A stretch of 64,000 nt of DNA, taken from contig JAZUBT010000035.1 of assembly GCA_045638685.1 (NCBI GenBank), positions 1,788-65,787 on the forward strand, in the 5' to 3' direction. Position 1 is the stretch's first letter; each line of letters opens with the position of its first letter. This document shows positions 49,882 through 59,732 of this stretch, piece after piece. The translations under genes were made by a program, and so were the position numbers. This stretch comes from Eubacteriales bacterium. Its GTDB lineage: Bacteria > Bacillota > Clostridia > Oscillospirales > CAG-272. The notes beneath the pieces were generated by a model. That model was not told where the DNA came from. It did no database searches and was given only the letters and a program-made list of their open reading frames with translations.

Positions 49882-50745
49882 ATGAAACCTGTTTATTCTC
49901 TTACGCTTAAATCCCTTATGCGGAATTTAAAGACGTATGTGTTTTTGGCGGTTATGATCCTGGCGGAGGGCTTTTTCCTTACCTATATTAATTTTAACAA
50001 CCGGTATTCGGTAGTCGAATATTCGCTTGAATTTATCGAAATAGTACTAATGCTTCTGCTCCCGCTTATAACTGCGGAGATTTTCTCCGCAGAACGCGAA
50101 AACGGATTTGAAAAAACGCTTTTCGCCCTCGGTGTGTCGAAGCCGTCGCTTTATATGGGTAAGGCTTTGGCTGTTCTTACCGTTTTTCTCATTCCGCACA
50201 CGCTTTTAATTATTACTCCGTTTGTTTTTGAGATATTCGGAATTGTAAATTTAACTTCAGCGACCGCATCGGTTTTTGCTTATTTTTTGTCGGGCGCTTC
50301 TCTTATATCGGTCTGTCTCTTTATTTCGCTGACCGTTAAAAAGCGCTTCCATTCTTATATTGTATCTTACGCCGCTATGCTACTTATTTACTTTTTTGGT
50401 ATTTTTGCATCGGTTGTACCTGTAACACGTAACTTCAGTCTGCTTCTTTTAACCGTTATCGCGATAGTCATCTCGGTGCTCATATATCTTTTCACAAAAT
50501 CCGGACTTATATTCGGCGGATTTTTCTGCATAGTCGAGGCGCTTCTTATTTTCTTTTATTTTATAACGCCCAAAGCATTTGCGGGAGCGCTTTCGGTATT
50601 TTTAGACCTTCTTTCGCCCTGCGCGTCTCTTAACGCGATTATATATGGGCCGTTTGATATAACTGCGATAGTTCATCTCATTTTATTTGCCGCGATATTC
50701 GTTTCTCTTTCGCTTATGCAGCTGCATAGACGGAAGTATGAGTAA
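49882..50745 (+). CDS. ABC-2/GldF-like permease
   Basis: PLIT...FS.ERE.G, GK.LA; multiple TM segments. Confidence 0.75.
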   Translation: MKPVYSLTLKSLMRNLKTYVFLAVMILAEGFFLTYINFNNRYSVVEYSLEFIEIVLMLLLPLITAEIFSAERENGFEKTLFALGVSKPSLYMGKALAVLTVFLIPHTLLIITPFVFEIFGIVNLTSATASVFAYFLSGASLISVCLFISLTVKKRFHSYIVSYAAMLLIYFFGIFASVVPVTRNFSLLLLTVIAIVISVLIYLFTKSGLIFGGFFCIVEALLIFFYFITPKAFAGALSVFLDLLSPCASLNAIIYGPFDITAIVHLILFAAIFVSLSLMQLHRRKYE

Positions 50746-50764
50746 GGGAAAGGGGGATAAATAA

Positions 50765-52261
50765 ATGTTTTTTGATAAGCTTTCCCGAAAAACGGGAGAA
50801 AAACACGCAGCGCTTATAATCATTTTTTCGCTTATTTTAATAGCCGCTCTTGTACTCCTCGGCGTTAAACTTATTCCGACCGTTTATACACGGCTCGACC
50901 TTTCCGCAAACTCTATGTACACTCTTTCTCCCGAAACCGAGAAGCTAATATCATCGGTTGACGAGGACGTTACAATCTATCTTATCGCTCCCTTAGGAGA
51001 GGAAAACGACGGCATAAAAACCTTTTTGGAAAGATATTCCGGTAAAAGTAAGCGTATAACCTTAAAAACTCTTGATCCGGTAGCCGACGAGGAGGAAATT
51101 TACAAGTATTCAGGCTCGACTCCCCCGTCTAACAGTATAGTGGTCAAGACGGATACCCGCTATAAGCTTATTCCCTACTACGATCTGTTCTACTACGGAG
51201 AGGATGCGTATAATTACGCGTATCAGATTTACGCGCAGTACCGAAACGCAGGTTATATAGACTCAAGCCTGAGCTTTGACGACTATCTTAAAAAATACGC
51301 GGTTTACGACGGCTGCTATTCGGGATACGAATACGAGGAGAGCATAAACTCGGCGATAAGATACGTTACCTCGGATACGCTTAAAAAGATATACCTTCTT
51401 GCGGGACACGAGGAGGATTCCCCATCGTTTGACGTCTATAACCATATTACCAATTTCGGTATAGAGCTTACAAGAATTAACGCCGAAAAGATAGATATTC
51501 CCGCCGACACGGATTTGTTACTCCTTTTCCCGAACACGGATATTTCAGCCGTGGAAAAGGATAAGCTTTCGGAATATATGAAAAACGGCGGAAAGGTCCT
51601 TCTTGTTACCACTCAGGGTATTGATTACAATACTCTTTATACCTTGCTTAAGGAATACGGTGTTGAAAGCGACGGTAAATATCTTTGCGAGGATAACGAA
51701 TACTATAATTTCGAGAAAATTCCCGCATACACGGTTCCCGATATTTCCGACGAGGGACTTGCAGCTATTCTTGAAGAGCAGGCGGGAACGCTTCTTCTTG
51801 CCGGAACGACGGGTATAACGTTTACCGAGACGATTCCCGCCGGTATTACCGTTAAGCCGCTTCTTACCACCTCTCCCGAAAGCTATACCACGGAGGATAT
51901 GGAAAATTATAAGTTTAACGACGCTACCGATACGAGAAGGGTGAGATATACGGGTGTTTCCGCTATGAACGAAAACGGCGGCGGATTTGTGTGGATTTCC
52001 GCTCCGAGTGTGCTTTATGAGGATTACACGGTCTATACGAACGGCGGCAATCTTCTTACCCTGACGTATTATATAAATACGCTTACCGAGAACGTTTACG
52101 AGGAGCCTATTCCTACGGTAATGCTTACGTTGGCGCCGCTTAACGCACCGAAATGGTTTATATACACCTTTGCCTCGGTTTTCTGCGGAGTGATACCGCT
52201 CGGACTTATCGGATACGCGGTAATACGTAAAAGACGCGTTTACCTTAAAACCGCAAGCTGA
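50765..52261 (+). CDS. GldG-like ABC auxiliary component
   Basis: DLS.N.MYTLS.ET, KIYLLAGHEE, L.EY..NGGK.L; N- and C-terminal TM. Confidence 0.78.
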   Translation: MFFDKLSRKTGEKHAALIIIFSLILIAALVLLGVKLIPTVYTRLDLSANSMYTLSPETEKLISSVDEDVTIYLIAPLGEENDGIKTFLERYSGKSKRITLKTLDPVADEEEIYKYSGSTPPSNSIVVKTDTRYKLIPYYDLFYYGEDAYNYAYQIYAQYRNAGYIDSSLSFDDYLKKYAVYDGCYSGYEYEESINSAIRYVTSDTLKKIYLLAGHEEDSPSFDVYNHITNFGIELTRINAEKIDIPADTDLLLLFPNTDISAVEKDKLSEYMKNGGKVLLVTTQGIDYNTLYTLLKEYGVESDGKYLCEDNEYYNFEKIPAYTVPDISDEGLAAILEEQAGTLLLAGTTGITFTETIPAGITVKPLLTTSPESYTTEDMENYKFNDATDTRRVRYTGVSAMNENGGGFVWISAPSVLYEDYTVYTNGGNLLTLTYYINTLTENVYEEPIPTVMLTLAPLNAPKWFIYTFASVFCGVIPLGLIGYAVIRKRRVYLKTAS

Positions 52262-52346
52262 TATTAAAAAACAAAATGGCGAACTATGGTGTGTGCTCCA
52301 AAGGACGGTTTTGAAATCAAATAGAATACGTTACCTGCCGATAGGA

Positions 52347-52384
52347 AAAGGACGAAGAATTGTTAAAATTCCTCGTCCTTTTTT
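52347..52384. terminator. Intrinsic terminator between convergent genes
   Basis: AAAAGGACGA-AGAATT / AATTCC-TCGTCCTTTTTT. Confidence 0.7.
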
Positions 52385-52434
52385 CTTGATAAGCACTGCG
52401 TTTGTGTCCGCAGAGGCTTTTTTAGTTATATAAA

Positions 52435-53295
52435 TTAATTTGCCGGAACAAAGCCTTCGGGAAGCTTAAAGTCGGTAAGCCTCTTAAAATAGCGCTTGTT
52501 TTCCTCCCAAATTATGATGTTTTTTTCCTTAACGTTTGCCGAAAGACGCTTTACGCATATGAGAGTATCGGACGGAAAAACGTTAAATGCCGTATAAAAT
52601 TTCGCAACGTCAAGTGAATTTAAATAAAGAGAACATTCATCGTATCTAACGCCTGACGTTACGCCCATTTCGTCAAGCGATATGAAAACACCGTTATCGT
52701 GGAGGTTTTTGTAATAATCCACGTCGATTAGGAAAATAACGTAGTCGCCCGCAATAGCGTTTACCGAGAGCGTTTCCTCGTTGTCCTTTATAATCGACGG
52801 ATTTAAAAAGTAATCGCTTATACCCTTGTCGTACATAGCCTGAAGTTCGTCGGTATTCATAAGAATAATGTCAAAAAGCTCGGCAGAGGTCTTACCGTCG
52901 CCGTTATAGTCAGCGTCTATCTGCTGCGAAAAGGCGTCCTGCACCGCGTCTCTCCCTGTTTCCGACAAAACAGCAGGTCCTGCGTAAAGGACGCGCACGT
53001 CGTACTTCTCTTTGGTAACGGACTGTACTATAAGCACGGTGAATACGGTTACAAAGAAAAGCGCGATAAGAATGTACCACTTATAGTAAAACCAAAGGTC
53101 TAAAGGAGAAAGTCTTTGTTTTACCGCCGCGCCGCCTTGTGATGCGGCAGGCGCTATATCACTTTCGGGAGATATGCCTGTTTTTGCCGCGAGCTTTCTT
53201 GCCTCCAAAGATAATCCTATTTCCGTATCCTCGATGGATACATTATTTTGGGGCTCGGTGCGGTTTTCGGTTTTGTTATTTACGTTTTCGGACAT
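52435..53295 (-). CDS. Hypothetical membrane-anchored protein
   Basis: WFYYKW + TM helix then a soluble domain; GGAG RBS. Confidence 0.75.
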   Translation of the reverse strand: MSENVNNKTENRTEPQNNVSIEDTEIGLSLEARKLAAKTGISPESDIAPAASQGGAAVKQRLSPLDLWFYYKWYILIALFFVTVFTVLIVQSVTKEKYDVRVLYAGPAVLSETGRDAVQDAFSQQIDADYNGDGKTSAELFDIILMNTDELQAMYDKGISDYFLNPSIIKDNEETLSVNAIAGDYVIFLIDVDYYKNLHDNGVFISLDEMGVTSGVRYDECSLYLNSLDVAKFYTAFNVFPSDTLICVKRLSANVKEKNIIIWEENKRYFKRLTDFKLPEGFVPAN

Positions 53296-53338
53296 TTTAA
53301 GTCTCCGTTTCTTTGATACGAAAGGTAAAGGGGGTAAA

Positions 53339-54169
53339 TTAAATCAGCGAAAATACAAGTATAACGGCAATACCGAGCACTATTCGGTAGTAGCCGAACA
53401 GCTTAAAGTCGTGGCGTTTTACAAAGCTCATTAAAAACTTTATCGCAAGTACCGAAACGGTAAAAGCGACCGCTGATCCGAGAAGAAGCGTTAAAAGCTC
53501 CGCTCCCGAAAAATCAAAGCCGAATTTTATCAGCTTCAGCGCGCTTGCGCCGAGCATGGTTGGAACTGCAAGGAAGAAGGTGAATTCCGCGGCGGCAACA
53601 CGCGAGACGCCGATTATAAGCGCGCCTATTATCGTTGCTCCGGAGCGAGAGGTTCCCGGTATCATTGAAAGCACCTGAAAAAGACCGATTATAACAGCCG
53701 TTTTGTATCCTATATTTTCAAGGCTGTCAATTTTAGGAGCTTTGTCCCTGTTTAAGCGTTCTATTACAATGAAAAGAATGCCGTAAAAAATCAGCATTAC
53801 TGATATGGAAATCGCGCCGCCGAAGTACTTTTCAAGCGTTTCGTCAAATATAAAACCGAGCACGGCAGAGGGAATACAGGCAACTGCGACCTTAAGCCAC
53901 ATTGAAAGGATGTCCTTTTTTACATATAGCTTTTCGTTTTTTCCGAAGGGAATCATTTTTTTGCGGAACAGCACTACGACGGCGAGTATTGCGCCGAGCT
54001 GAATTACAACGAAAAACATTTCCTTAAAGCTTTCGGTTGCGGAAAGCGGTAAAAACGCATCGAAAAGCAGCATATGTCCCGTACTGCTGACCGGGAGCCA
54101 TTCGGTTATACCCTCGATAATGCCTATTAAAATTATTTTGAGCAGTTCAAATAAAGTTATATTTTCCAT
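53339..54169 (-). CDS. uppP: Undecaprenyl-diphosphate phosphatase
   Basis: GIIEGITEWLPVSSTGH, IQLGAILAV, PGTSRSGATI. Confidence 0.96.
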   Translation of the reverse strand: MENITLFELLKIILIGIIEGITEWLPVSSTGHMLLFDAFLPLSATESFKEMFFVVIQLGAILAVVVLFRKKMIPFGKNEKLYVKKDILSMWLKVAVACIPSAVLGFIFDETLEKYFGGAISISVMLIFYGILFIVIERLNRDKAPKIDSLENIGYKTAVIIGLFQVLSMIPGTSRSGATIIGALIIGVSRVAAAEFTFFLAVPTMLGASALKLIKFGFDFSGAELLTLLLGSAVAFTVSVLAIKFLMSFVKRHDFKLFGYYRIVLGIAVILVFSLI

Positions 54170-54313
54170 TACCCGTTTCCTTTAAAAATATTTTTACAAG
54201 CTTATGCGTACGCGCTCTTTTATATGCTCCGTGTCGAAGGTAAAAGCCGGCTGTTTATGATATTGATAAAGCCGGAAAAAGAGCGCATAAGCTTTTTTCG
54301 TGTTACGAAAGGC

Positions 54314-55015
54314 TTATATACCGAAAAACTTACGAAGCTCTGAAAAGCCGCCCGAGGGAATGCTCGATATATCCTCGCCGTTTTTATTAATAAGGCAGTC
54401 GGTAAGAAGGAAAACCTTAATTCCGAGCTTTTCAGCTGCCACGTCCTCGGTGGCGTCGTTTCCTACCATGGTGCAGCTTTCCGCGCTGATACCGTATGTA
54501 TCGAGTATGCTTTTGTAGTAATCCGGATTTGGCTTGCAGAAGCAGGAGTTTTCATATGTGGTGTAAAATTCAAAATCCTCGGGGGAAAAACCCGCCCAGC
54601 GAATTCTCGCTCTTGTCGCTACCGCAGGGAAGATAGGGTTTGTCGCAAGTCCTACGCGAAATCCCTTTTCCTTTAACGCGTTAACCGTTTTTTTAGCCTC
54701 GGCATTGTATCCGCAAACGTCCTTTACCTTATCAAAATCGTTTTGGTAGAACTCATCGAAAAGGGGGAGATGCTCCTTTACACCTTCACCGAAAATCTGG
54801 TAAAACTTATCCCAGAAAGCAGCCTCGTTTGTGCGGCTTCCGTCATTTTTAACCATATTTCCCGTGCCTGCCCAGATAGCCTTTACAAGTGCTTCGGGAT
54901 TATATCCGTATGGCATAAGCTTTCCTGCAAGTCCTTTGAAATATGCTTTTGTAAAGACCTCTTGATCCATCGGAAGAAGTGTTCCGTCGAGGTCAAATAA
55001 AACCCATTTATCCAA
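54314..55015 (-). CDS. HAD family hydrolase
   Basis: FDLDGTL, ATNP, KPNP.YY, VGND..ED; TTG start with AGGAG RBS. Confidence 0.9.
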   Translation of the reverse strand: MDKWVLFDLDGTLLPMDQEVFTKAYFKGLAGKLMPYGYNPEALVKAIWAGTGNMVKNDGSRTNEAAFWDKFYQIFGEGVKEHLPLFDEFYQNDFDKVKDVCGYNAEAKKTVNALKEKGFRVGLATNPIFPAVATRARIRWAGFSPEDFEFYTTYENSCFCKPNPDYYKSILDTYGISAESCTMVGNDATEDVAAEKLGIKVFLLTDCLINKNGEDISSIPSGGFSELRKFFGI

Positions 55016-55154
55016 GTTGCTTTATCTCCTTTTTACGGTACTTTCGGATAAACACCTATGCTAGTGTATAGAAATATTATAGCATAGCATAGCTTAAAAA
55101 TCAACCGTTTTATATTTTTTAATAAAAAATAATTACTTTAATTTAATGAATTTT

Positions 55155-55195
55155 TAAAAAAGCGCCGCAACGGGTTTATCTGCGGCGCTTTTTTT
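55155..55195. terminator. Bidirectional intrinsic terminator
   Basis: AAAAAAAGCGCCGCA...TGCGGCGCTTTTTTT. Confidence 0.85.
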
Positions 55196-55221
55196 ATTAT
55201 TCATTTTTTACCCCAAGCTTT

Positions 55222-55285
55222 TTACTCCGAGTTTTGTTTTTACTCCGAGTTTTGTTTTTACTTCGAGTTTTGTTTTTACTCTGAG
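55222..55285. repeat. 18-bp tandem repeat (about 3.5 copies) including the stop codon of the ABC gene
   Basis: TACTCCGAG at 55223 and 55241, TACTTCGAG at 55259, TACTCTGAG at 55277; linker TTTTGTTTT. Confidence 0.9.
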
Positions 55286-58200
55286 CGGAGTGCTTCAACG
55301 GGGTCCTTCTTTGCGGCTATTCTCGACGGAATAAGTCCCGAAATAAGGGTCAGCGCCATGCTTATAGCGACAAGTATAACAGCGCCTGCGGGAGGAAGCG
55401 CGGCAATTCCCGAAATTCCCGATAAATGCTTAATTATAAGACCTATCGGAATGTTAAGAAGAACAGTTACTATAATTCCTATTGCGCCAGAGGCAAAGCC
55501 TACTATAAGCGTCTCGGCATTAAATACGTTGGCAACATCTCTCTTGGACGCACCCATTGCGCGGAGAATACCTATTTCCTTTGCTCTTTCAAGAACAGAG
55601 ATGTAGGTTATAATTCCTATCATAATAGAGGAAACTATCAGCGAAATGGAGACGAAGAATATAAGAACGTAAGAAATAGCGTCAATTATAGAGGTTACAG
55701 ATGACATTATAAGTCCGACGTAGTCGGTGTAGCTTATCTTGTCGTTTTCTTCCGTCTGCTCGCTGTTGTATTGCTCGATTATATCCGCGATAAATTCCTT
55801 ATCCTCGAAGCTTATCGGGTATATCGAAATATAGTCGGGAGAGGACTTGTCGTGTGCGCCGAAAAGCTCGTAGTTTTCTTCAAGCGTTGTCGGAGCCTCG
55901 TGCGGAACGTACTCGTCAAAGAAGGAAACAAGCTGCGCGTCGGTGTAAACGTTATTGGCAATCGCGGTGTCAAGCGCAAGGGCAAGCTTTTTGTTCTTTC
56001 CGTTTTCGCTCTGCGACGGAGCCTTTTCCGTTCTGTACGTTTCTCTCGCTTTTTCGTCGATTATGCCGTCGAAGGCGGTATTAACAGCAGTGGAATCCAT
56101 AGTTCCCACCAGAGCTTCGATTTGGCTCTGTTCAAGTGCGGTTATTGACTTGTAATGCTCTACGATATAGGCTCTTCGTATCTGTTCCGAAACAACAATG
56201 GAGGTTCCTTGATAGAAGCTGCTGTTTGTCTCACCGAGCGAATAGGCGTCTGCAACGCTTAAAAGTAGCTTGTAGATTTCCTCGTTACTCATATCTCCGT
56301 ATTTATCGTTAAAGCCTTCTGCACCTAATATGCCTTGAGCGATAGAGTTAAGGTATAACGGCGGCATTTTAGCATAAATAATTCCAAAGATTATCTTCGT
56401 CTTTTCAGCGTCAAGCTCAACCGCGTTCGGAGAGTTAACTATCTCGTCAACGTATTTCTGCGCGCTGTCAGTCATGCTCTTTCTGACCGTATCGAGAGCA
56501 AAGGTGTAGATATAGTTGTAAAGCTGCTCGTCGGTAAACGTTTCAAAGTACTTTTTGATTATTTCCTCGTTGCCGACACCCGCGTACTTTAAAATGATGC
56601 TCATAAGCTCATCTCTGCCGGACGTAGGGGTTACGCCGAGAGAGGGAAGCATGGCGTCGGCGCCAGCCTTTACGGCGTCCTCGTTCGGGGTGGTTAGCAT
56701 AAGTCTGTAAATTTCTGCCTTTTTCATCTCGTTTGCTTCGGCAATATATGACTTGAAGGCAGCCGGCTTATCCGCGTCGGGGATTACGGAGTCATTGGGA
56801 GCAACGAAGGGGAGTCCGGTAAATACGTCAATTTCGGTATTGGCGTTCTGCGCCTTTACTATATCGCTGCCCGCTACCGCATCAATAAGGTATTCCGTAA
56901 GCGCGTAGGTGTAAATAAGAGTGCCCGAAAGCGAGCCTGCGGTGGCTTCGGGGTTCTGACGGATAATTCCGGAAATAGTTAAATCAAGTCCGTTTGCGAT
57001 TATTCCGTTAAGCTCGGCAGATGAGGTTTCACTGCGGTAGTCGAGCCACTCGCCCGTAATTGCGTGCTTATAATAGTAGTCGCTCGTCGGTATAATTTTG
57101 TAGGTGATGCCGATAAGCTGATCGTAGGTGAATTCCTGAATTTCGGATTCGATGGGGGTGCCGTTAATCGCGCCCATAACCGCCGAAAGCATCTCGTCCT
57201 TTGTGGTAAGACCGAGGCTGTAAAGAGAGAGGTCGGTGATTCTATTATCCGAGGAAACGAGGAGTACTACCTCGTTTTTGCTCTTAGGCCAATCTCCCGC
57301 AACAATATCGTACTGCTCCTTTATCATATCGTGCATCAGCGGACCGCCTTCTACGGCGTCCTTCGGAGGGAGCATTTCCTGCCATACGTTAAAGGAAGAA
57401 AAGCTTGTATTCATCATAGAGGAGGCGTTGTTCTGGCTAAGTCCCATATCGACGGCCATATCAACGAAAAGCTCGTTTATATCGGCTTTATAGTAGCTTC
57501 CGTCGGGATTTTTAAGGTAGGCGTTGATATCGGCGTTGTAGCCGTATCTTATGAGGGAGGCGTGCTCCTTTATTTTATTATCTTCCTTGTCAAGGAACAC
57601 CTTAAACTTATCAAGGTTATTCGTGCTGGTCGCCGGGTTCATCATTGAGGTAAGAAGATTATAAGAAACGTTGTTGGAATAAATCTTATTTGGATCGGCG
57701 TTTTCCGGCTTTCCGCTTTCGCCCATAAAGCTTGTTATAAATGAGGAAACGTCCATTTCTTCTTTTTGAAGAGTTATCGGGTATGAGGAAAGAGTTTCCT
57801 TCTGAACTCTGCTGATAAAGGCGTTAATTCCGTTTGAAAGGGAGAGGATAAGCGCTATACCGATTATACCTATACTGCCAGCAAACGAGGTCATAAAGGT
57901 TCTGGTTTTCTTGGTTAAAAGGTTGTTAAACGAAAGGCTTATCGCGGTGAAAAAGGACATTGACGGACGTTTTAGCTTTTTGCTTTTCGGCGTCTTTTTT
58001 TCCTTCCTTTCCACTGCCGCTTTTTCGTCGTTCTCGTAGCTAACGTCGGTGGTTGCGGTGTTTTCAGGCTCGGTGAGAGCGGAGCCTTCGGCATTAAGGA
58101 GAGCTTCCTTTTCAGCCTCGGCCTTAATGAGAGCCTCTGTGTTTGCCTCTGCATCTTCGACTGAGTATGGGTTGGAGTCGCCGATAATTTTTCCGTCCTT

Positions 58201-58863
58201 AAGTCTTATTATTCTGTCGGAATACTGATCTGCCAGCTCGGGATTGTGCGTTACCATTATGATAAGCTTATCCTTTGAAATTTCGCGCAGTATATCCATT
58301 ATCTGTACCGACGTGTCGGTATCAAGCGCGCCCGTAGGCTCGTCGGCGAGAAGTATCTCCGGATCGTTTACAAGCGCTCTCGCTATGGCAACTCTCTGCA
58401 TCTGACCGCCCGACATCTGGCTCGGCTTTTTATAAATCTGGTCTCCGAGTCCTACCTTTATGAGCACCTCCTCGGCGCGTTTTCTGCGCTCTGCCTTGGA
58501 AACACCCGAAAGGGTAAGAGCAAGCTCAACGTTGGCTATTACAGTCTGGTGCGGGATAAGGTTATAGCTCTGGAAAACAAATCCTATCGAGTGGTTACGG
58601 TAGGTATCCCAGTCGCCGTCCTTATAGTTTTTTGTGGAAACGCCTTTGATCGTAATATCGCCGCTTGTGTATCTGTCAAGACCGCCAACAATATTAAGAA
58701 GCGTGGTTTTTCCGCAGCCCGAATGTCCGAGAATGGAAACGAATTCATTTTTACGGAACGCGACGGTAACGTCGTCAAGCGCTCGAACCACGGTGTCTCC
58801 GCTTACGTAATCCTTTACAATATTTTTGAGTATCAGCAATTTTTTAACCTCTGTTTCTATCAT
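55276..58863 (-). CDS. MacB/FtsX-type ABC transporter, ATPase-permease fusion with a very large extracytoplasmic domain
   Basis: GHSGCGKT, MSGGQMQR, LADEPTGALD; C-terminal SVLER.KEIGILRAMGA and DPVEALRSE. Confidence 0.92.
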   Translation of the reverse strand: MIETEVKKLLILKNIVKDYVSGDTVVRALDDVTVAFRKNEFVSILGHSGCGKTTLLNIVGGLDRYTSGDITIKGVSTKNYKDGDWDTYRNHSIGFVFQSYNLIPHQTVIANVELALTLSGVSKAERRKRAEEVLIKVGLGDQIYKKPSQMSGGQMQRVAIARALVNDPEILLADEPTGALDTDTSVQIMDILREISKDKLIIMVTHNPELADQYSDRIIRLKDGKIIGDSNPYSVEDAEANTEALIKAEAEKEALLNAEGSALTEPENTATTDVSYENDEKAAVERKEKKTPKSKKLKRPSMSFFTAISLSFNNLLTKKTRTFMTSFAGSIGIIGIALILSLSNGINAFISRVQKETLSSYPITLQKEEMDVSSFITSFMGESGKPENADPNKIYSNNVSYNLLTSMMNPATSTNNLDKFKVFLDKEDNKIKEHASLIRYGYNADINAYLKNPDGSYYKADINELFVDMAVDMGLSQNNASSMMNTSFSSFNVWQEMLPPKDAVEGGPLMHDMIKEQYDIVAGDWPKSKNEVVLLVSSDNRITDLSLYSLGLTTKDEMLSAVMGAINGTPIESEIQEFTYDQLIGITYKIIPTSDYYYKHAITGEWLDYRSETSSAELNGIIANGLDLTISGIIRQNPEATAGSLSGTLIYTYALTEYLIDAVAGSDIVKAQNANTEIDVFTGLPFVAPNDSVIPDADKPAAFKSYIAEANEMKKAEIYRLMLTTPNEDAVKAGADAMLPSLGVTPTSGRDELMSIILKYAGVGNEEIIKKYFETFTDEQLYNYIYTFALDTVRKSMTDSAQKYVDEIVNSPNAVELDAEKTKIIFGIIYAKMPPLYLNSIAQGILGAEGFNDKYGDMSNEEIYKLLLSVADAYSLGETNSSFYQGTSIVVSEQIRRAYIVEHYKSITALEQSQIEALVGTMDSTAVNTAFDGIIDEKARETYRTEKAPSQSENGKNKKLALALDTAIANNVYTDAQLVSFFDEYVPHEAPTTLEENYELFGAHDKSSPDYISIYPISFEDKEFIADIIEQYNSEQTEENDKISYTDYVGLIMSSVTSIIDAISYVLIFFVSISLIVSSIMIGIITYISVLERAKEIGILRAMGASKRDVANVFNAETLIVGFASGAIGIIVTVLLNIPIGLIIKHLSGISGIAALPPAGAVILVAISMALTLISGLIPSRIAAKKDPVEALRSE

Positions 58864-59201
58864 ATTTTTCTGCTAAAAACGGTGAGCATAGGTGCGATTT
58901 AACGTTTCCTGTCAAATGCATAAAGCTCCGTATTTTACTATTTGATTATATTATACAGTTTTATTTTAAACGGCAAATAAATTACTTCAATTTCTTAAAT
59001 TAATATTTATTTAACTTTTTTTAAACTGTGAATTTAAAGCGACATTTATTTGCTTAAATATATTTAAAAGTTTAAAATAACCGATAATTCTCCAAATGCA
59101 CTGTTAGTAATGCTTTACGGGGAGAAAAATGAGGAAAATTCCGAAAATTCTTGCTTTGTCGGTACTCGCCAACAACTTACTTATTGTTTTGTTTTTGATA
59201 A

Positions 59202-59237
59202 AAAACAAGCGAGGCTTAATTTCAGCCTCGCTTGTTT
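59202..59237. terminator. Intrinsic terminator
   Basis: AAACAAGCGAGGCT-taatttc-AGCCTCGCTTGTTT. Confidence 0.8.
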
Positions 59238-59241
59238 CGGT

Positions 59242-59511
59242 TTATTTTTTATTGTATCTTTCTATCTGCTCGTATGAGTATTCGAGAGCCTCGAACATTC
59301 CGTTTTTAAATTCGTTTGCTCTGAGAACCTCATTTCCCGCTGCCGTGGATTTTATTGTAACCATTATCGGTCCCGCGGCGTCTCCCGCAAGCATTATCAT
59401 TTCGGCAAAAGCCTTTTTGTTAAGATCTCCGTAAGCAAGAGCGTTGTTTTCGCATAAAACAACGGGATGTCCTTTGTAAACTACGTAGTTTGTTATTTTA
59501 CCGTTTGCCAT
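59242..59511 (-). CDS. Small hypothetical protein
   Basis: AAAGGA RBS, own terminator, normal codon usage. Confidence 0.75.
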   Translation of the reverse strand: MANGKITNYVVYKGHPVVLCENNALAYGDLNKKAFAEMIMLAGDAAGPIMVTIKSTAAGNEVLRANEFKNGMFEALEYSYEQIERYNKK

Positions 59512-59732
59512 ATCCGTTTTCCTTTCGTGTGTAGAAGCTGAAGCTCAGCCTTAAAAAATATCTTGTTATTATTGTACATTAATTTTTAAATTAATTCTAT
59601 CTAAATTTGTAAATTTTATTATGCCGCGCTTTACGGTGTGCTCTTAAGTTCTAAAAACCTTTTTAAGGCATAAAATGGTATAGCCAGAAAAATAAAAAGA
59701 TAATTTTAAAAACAGAAAGGATAGTAGTAAAA

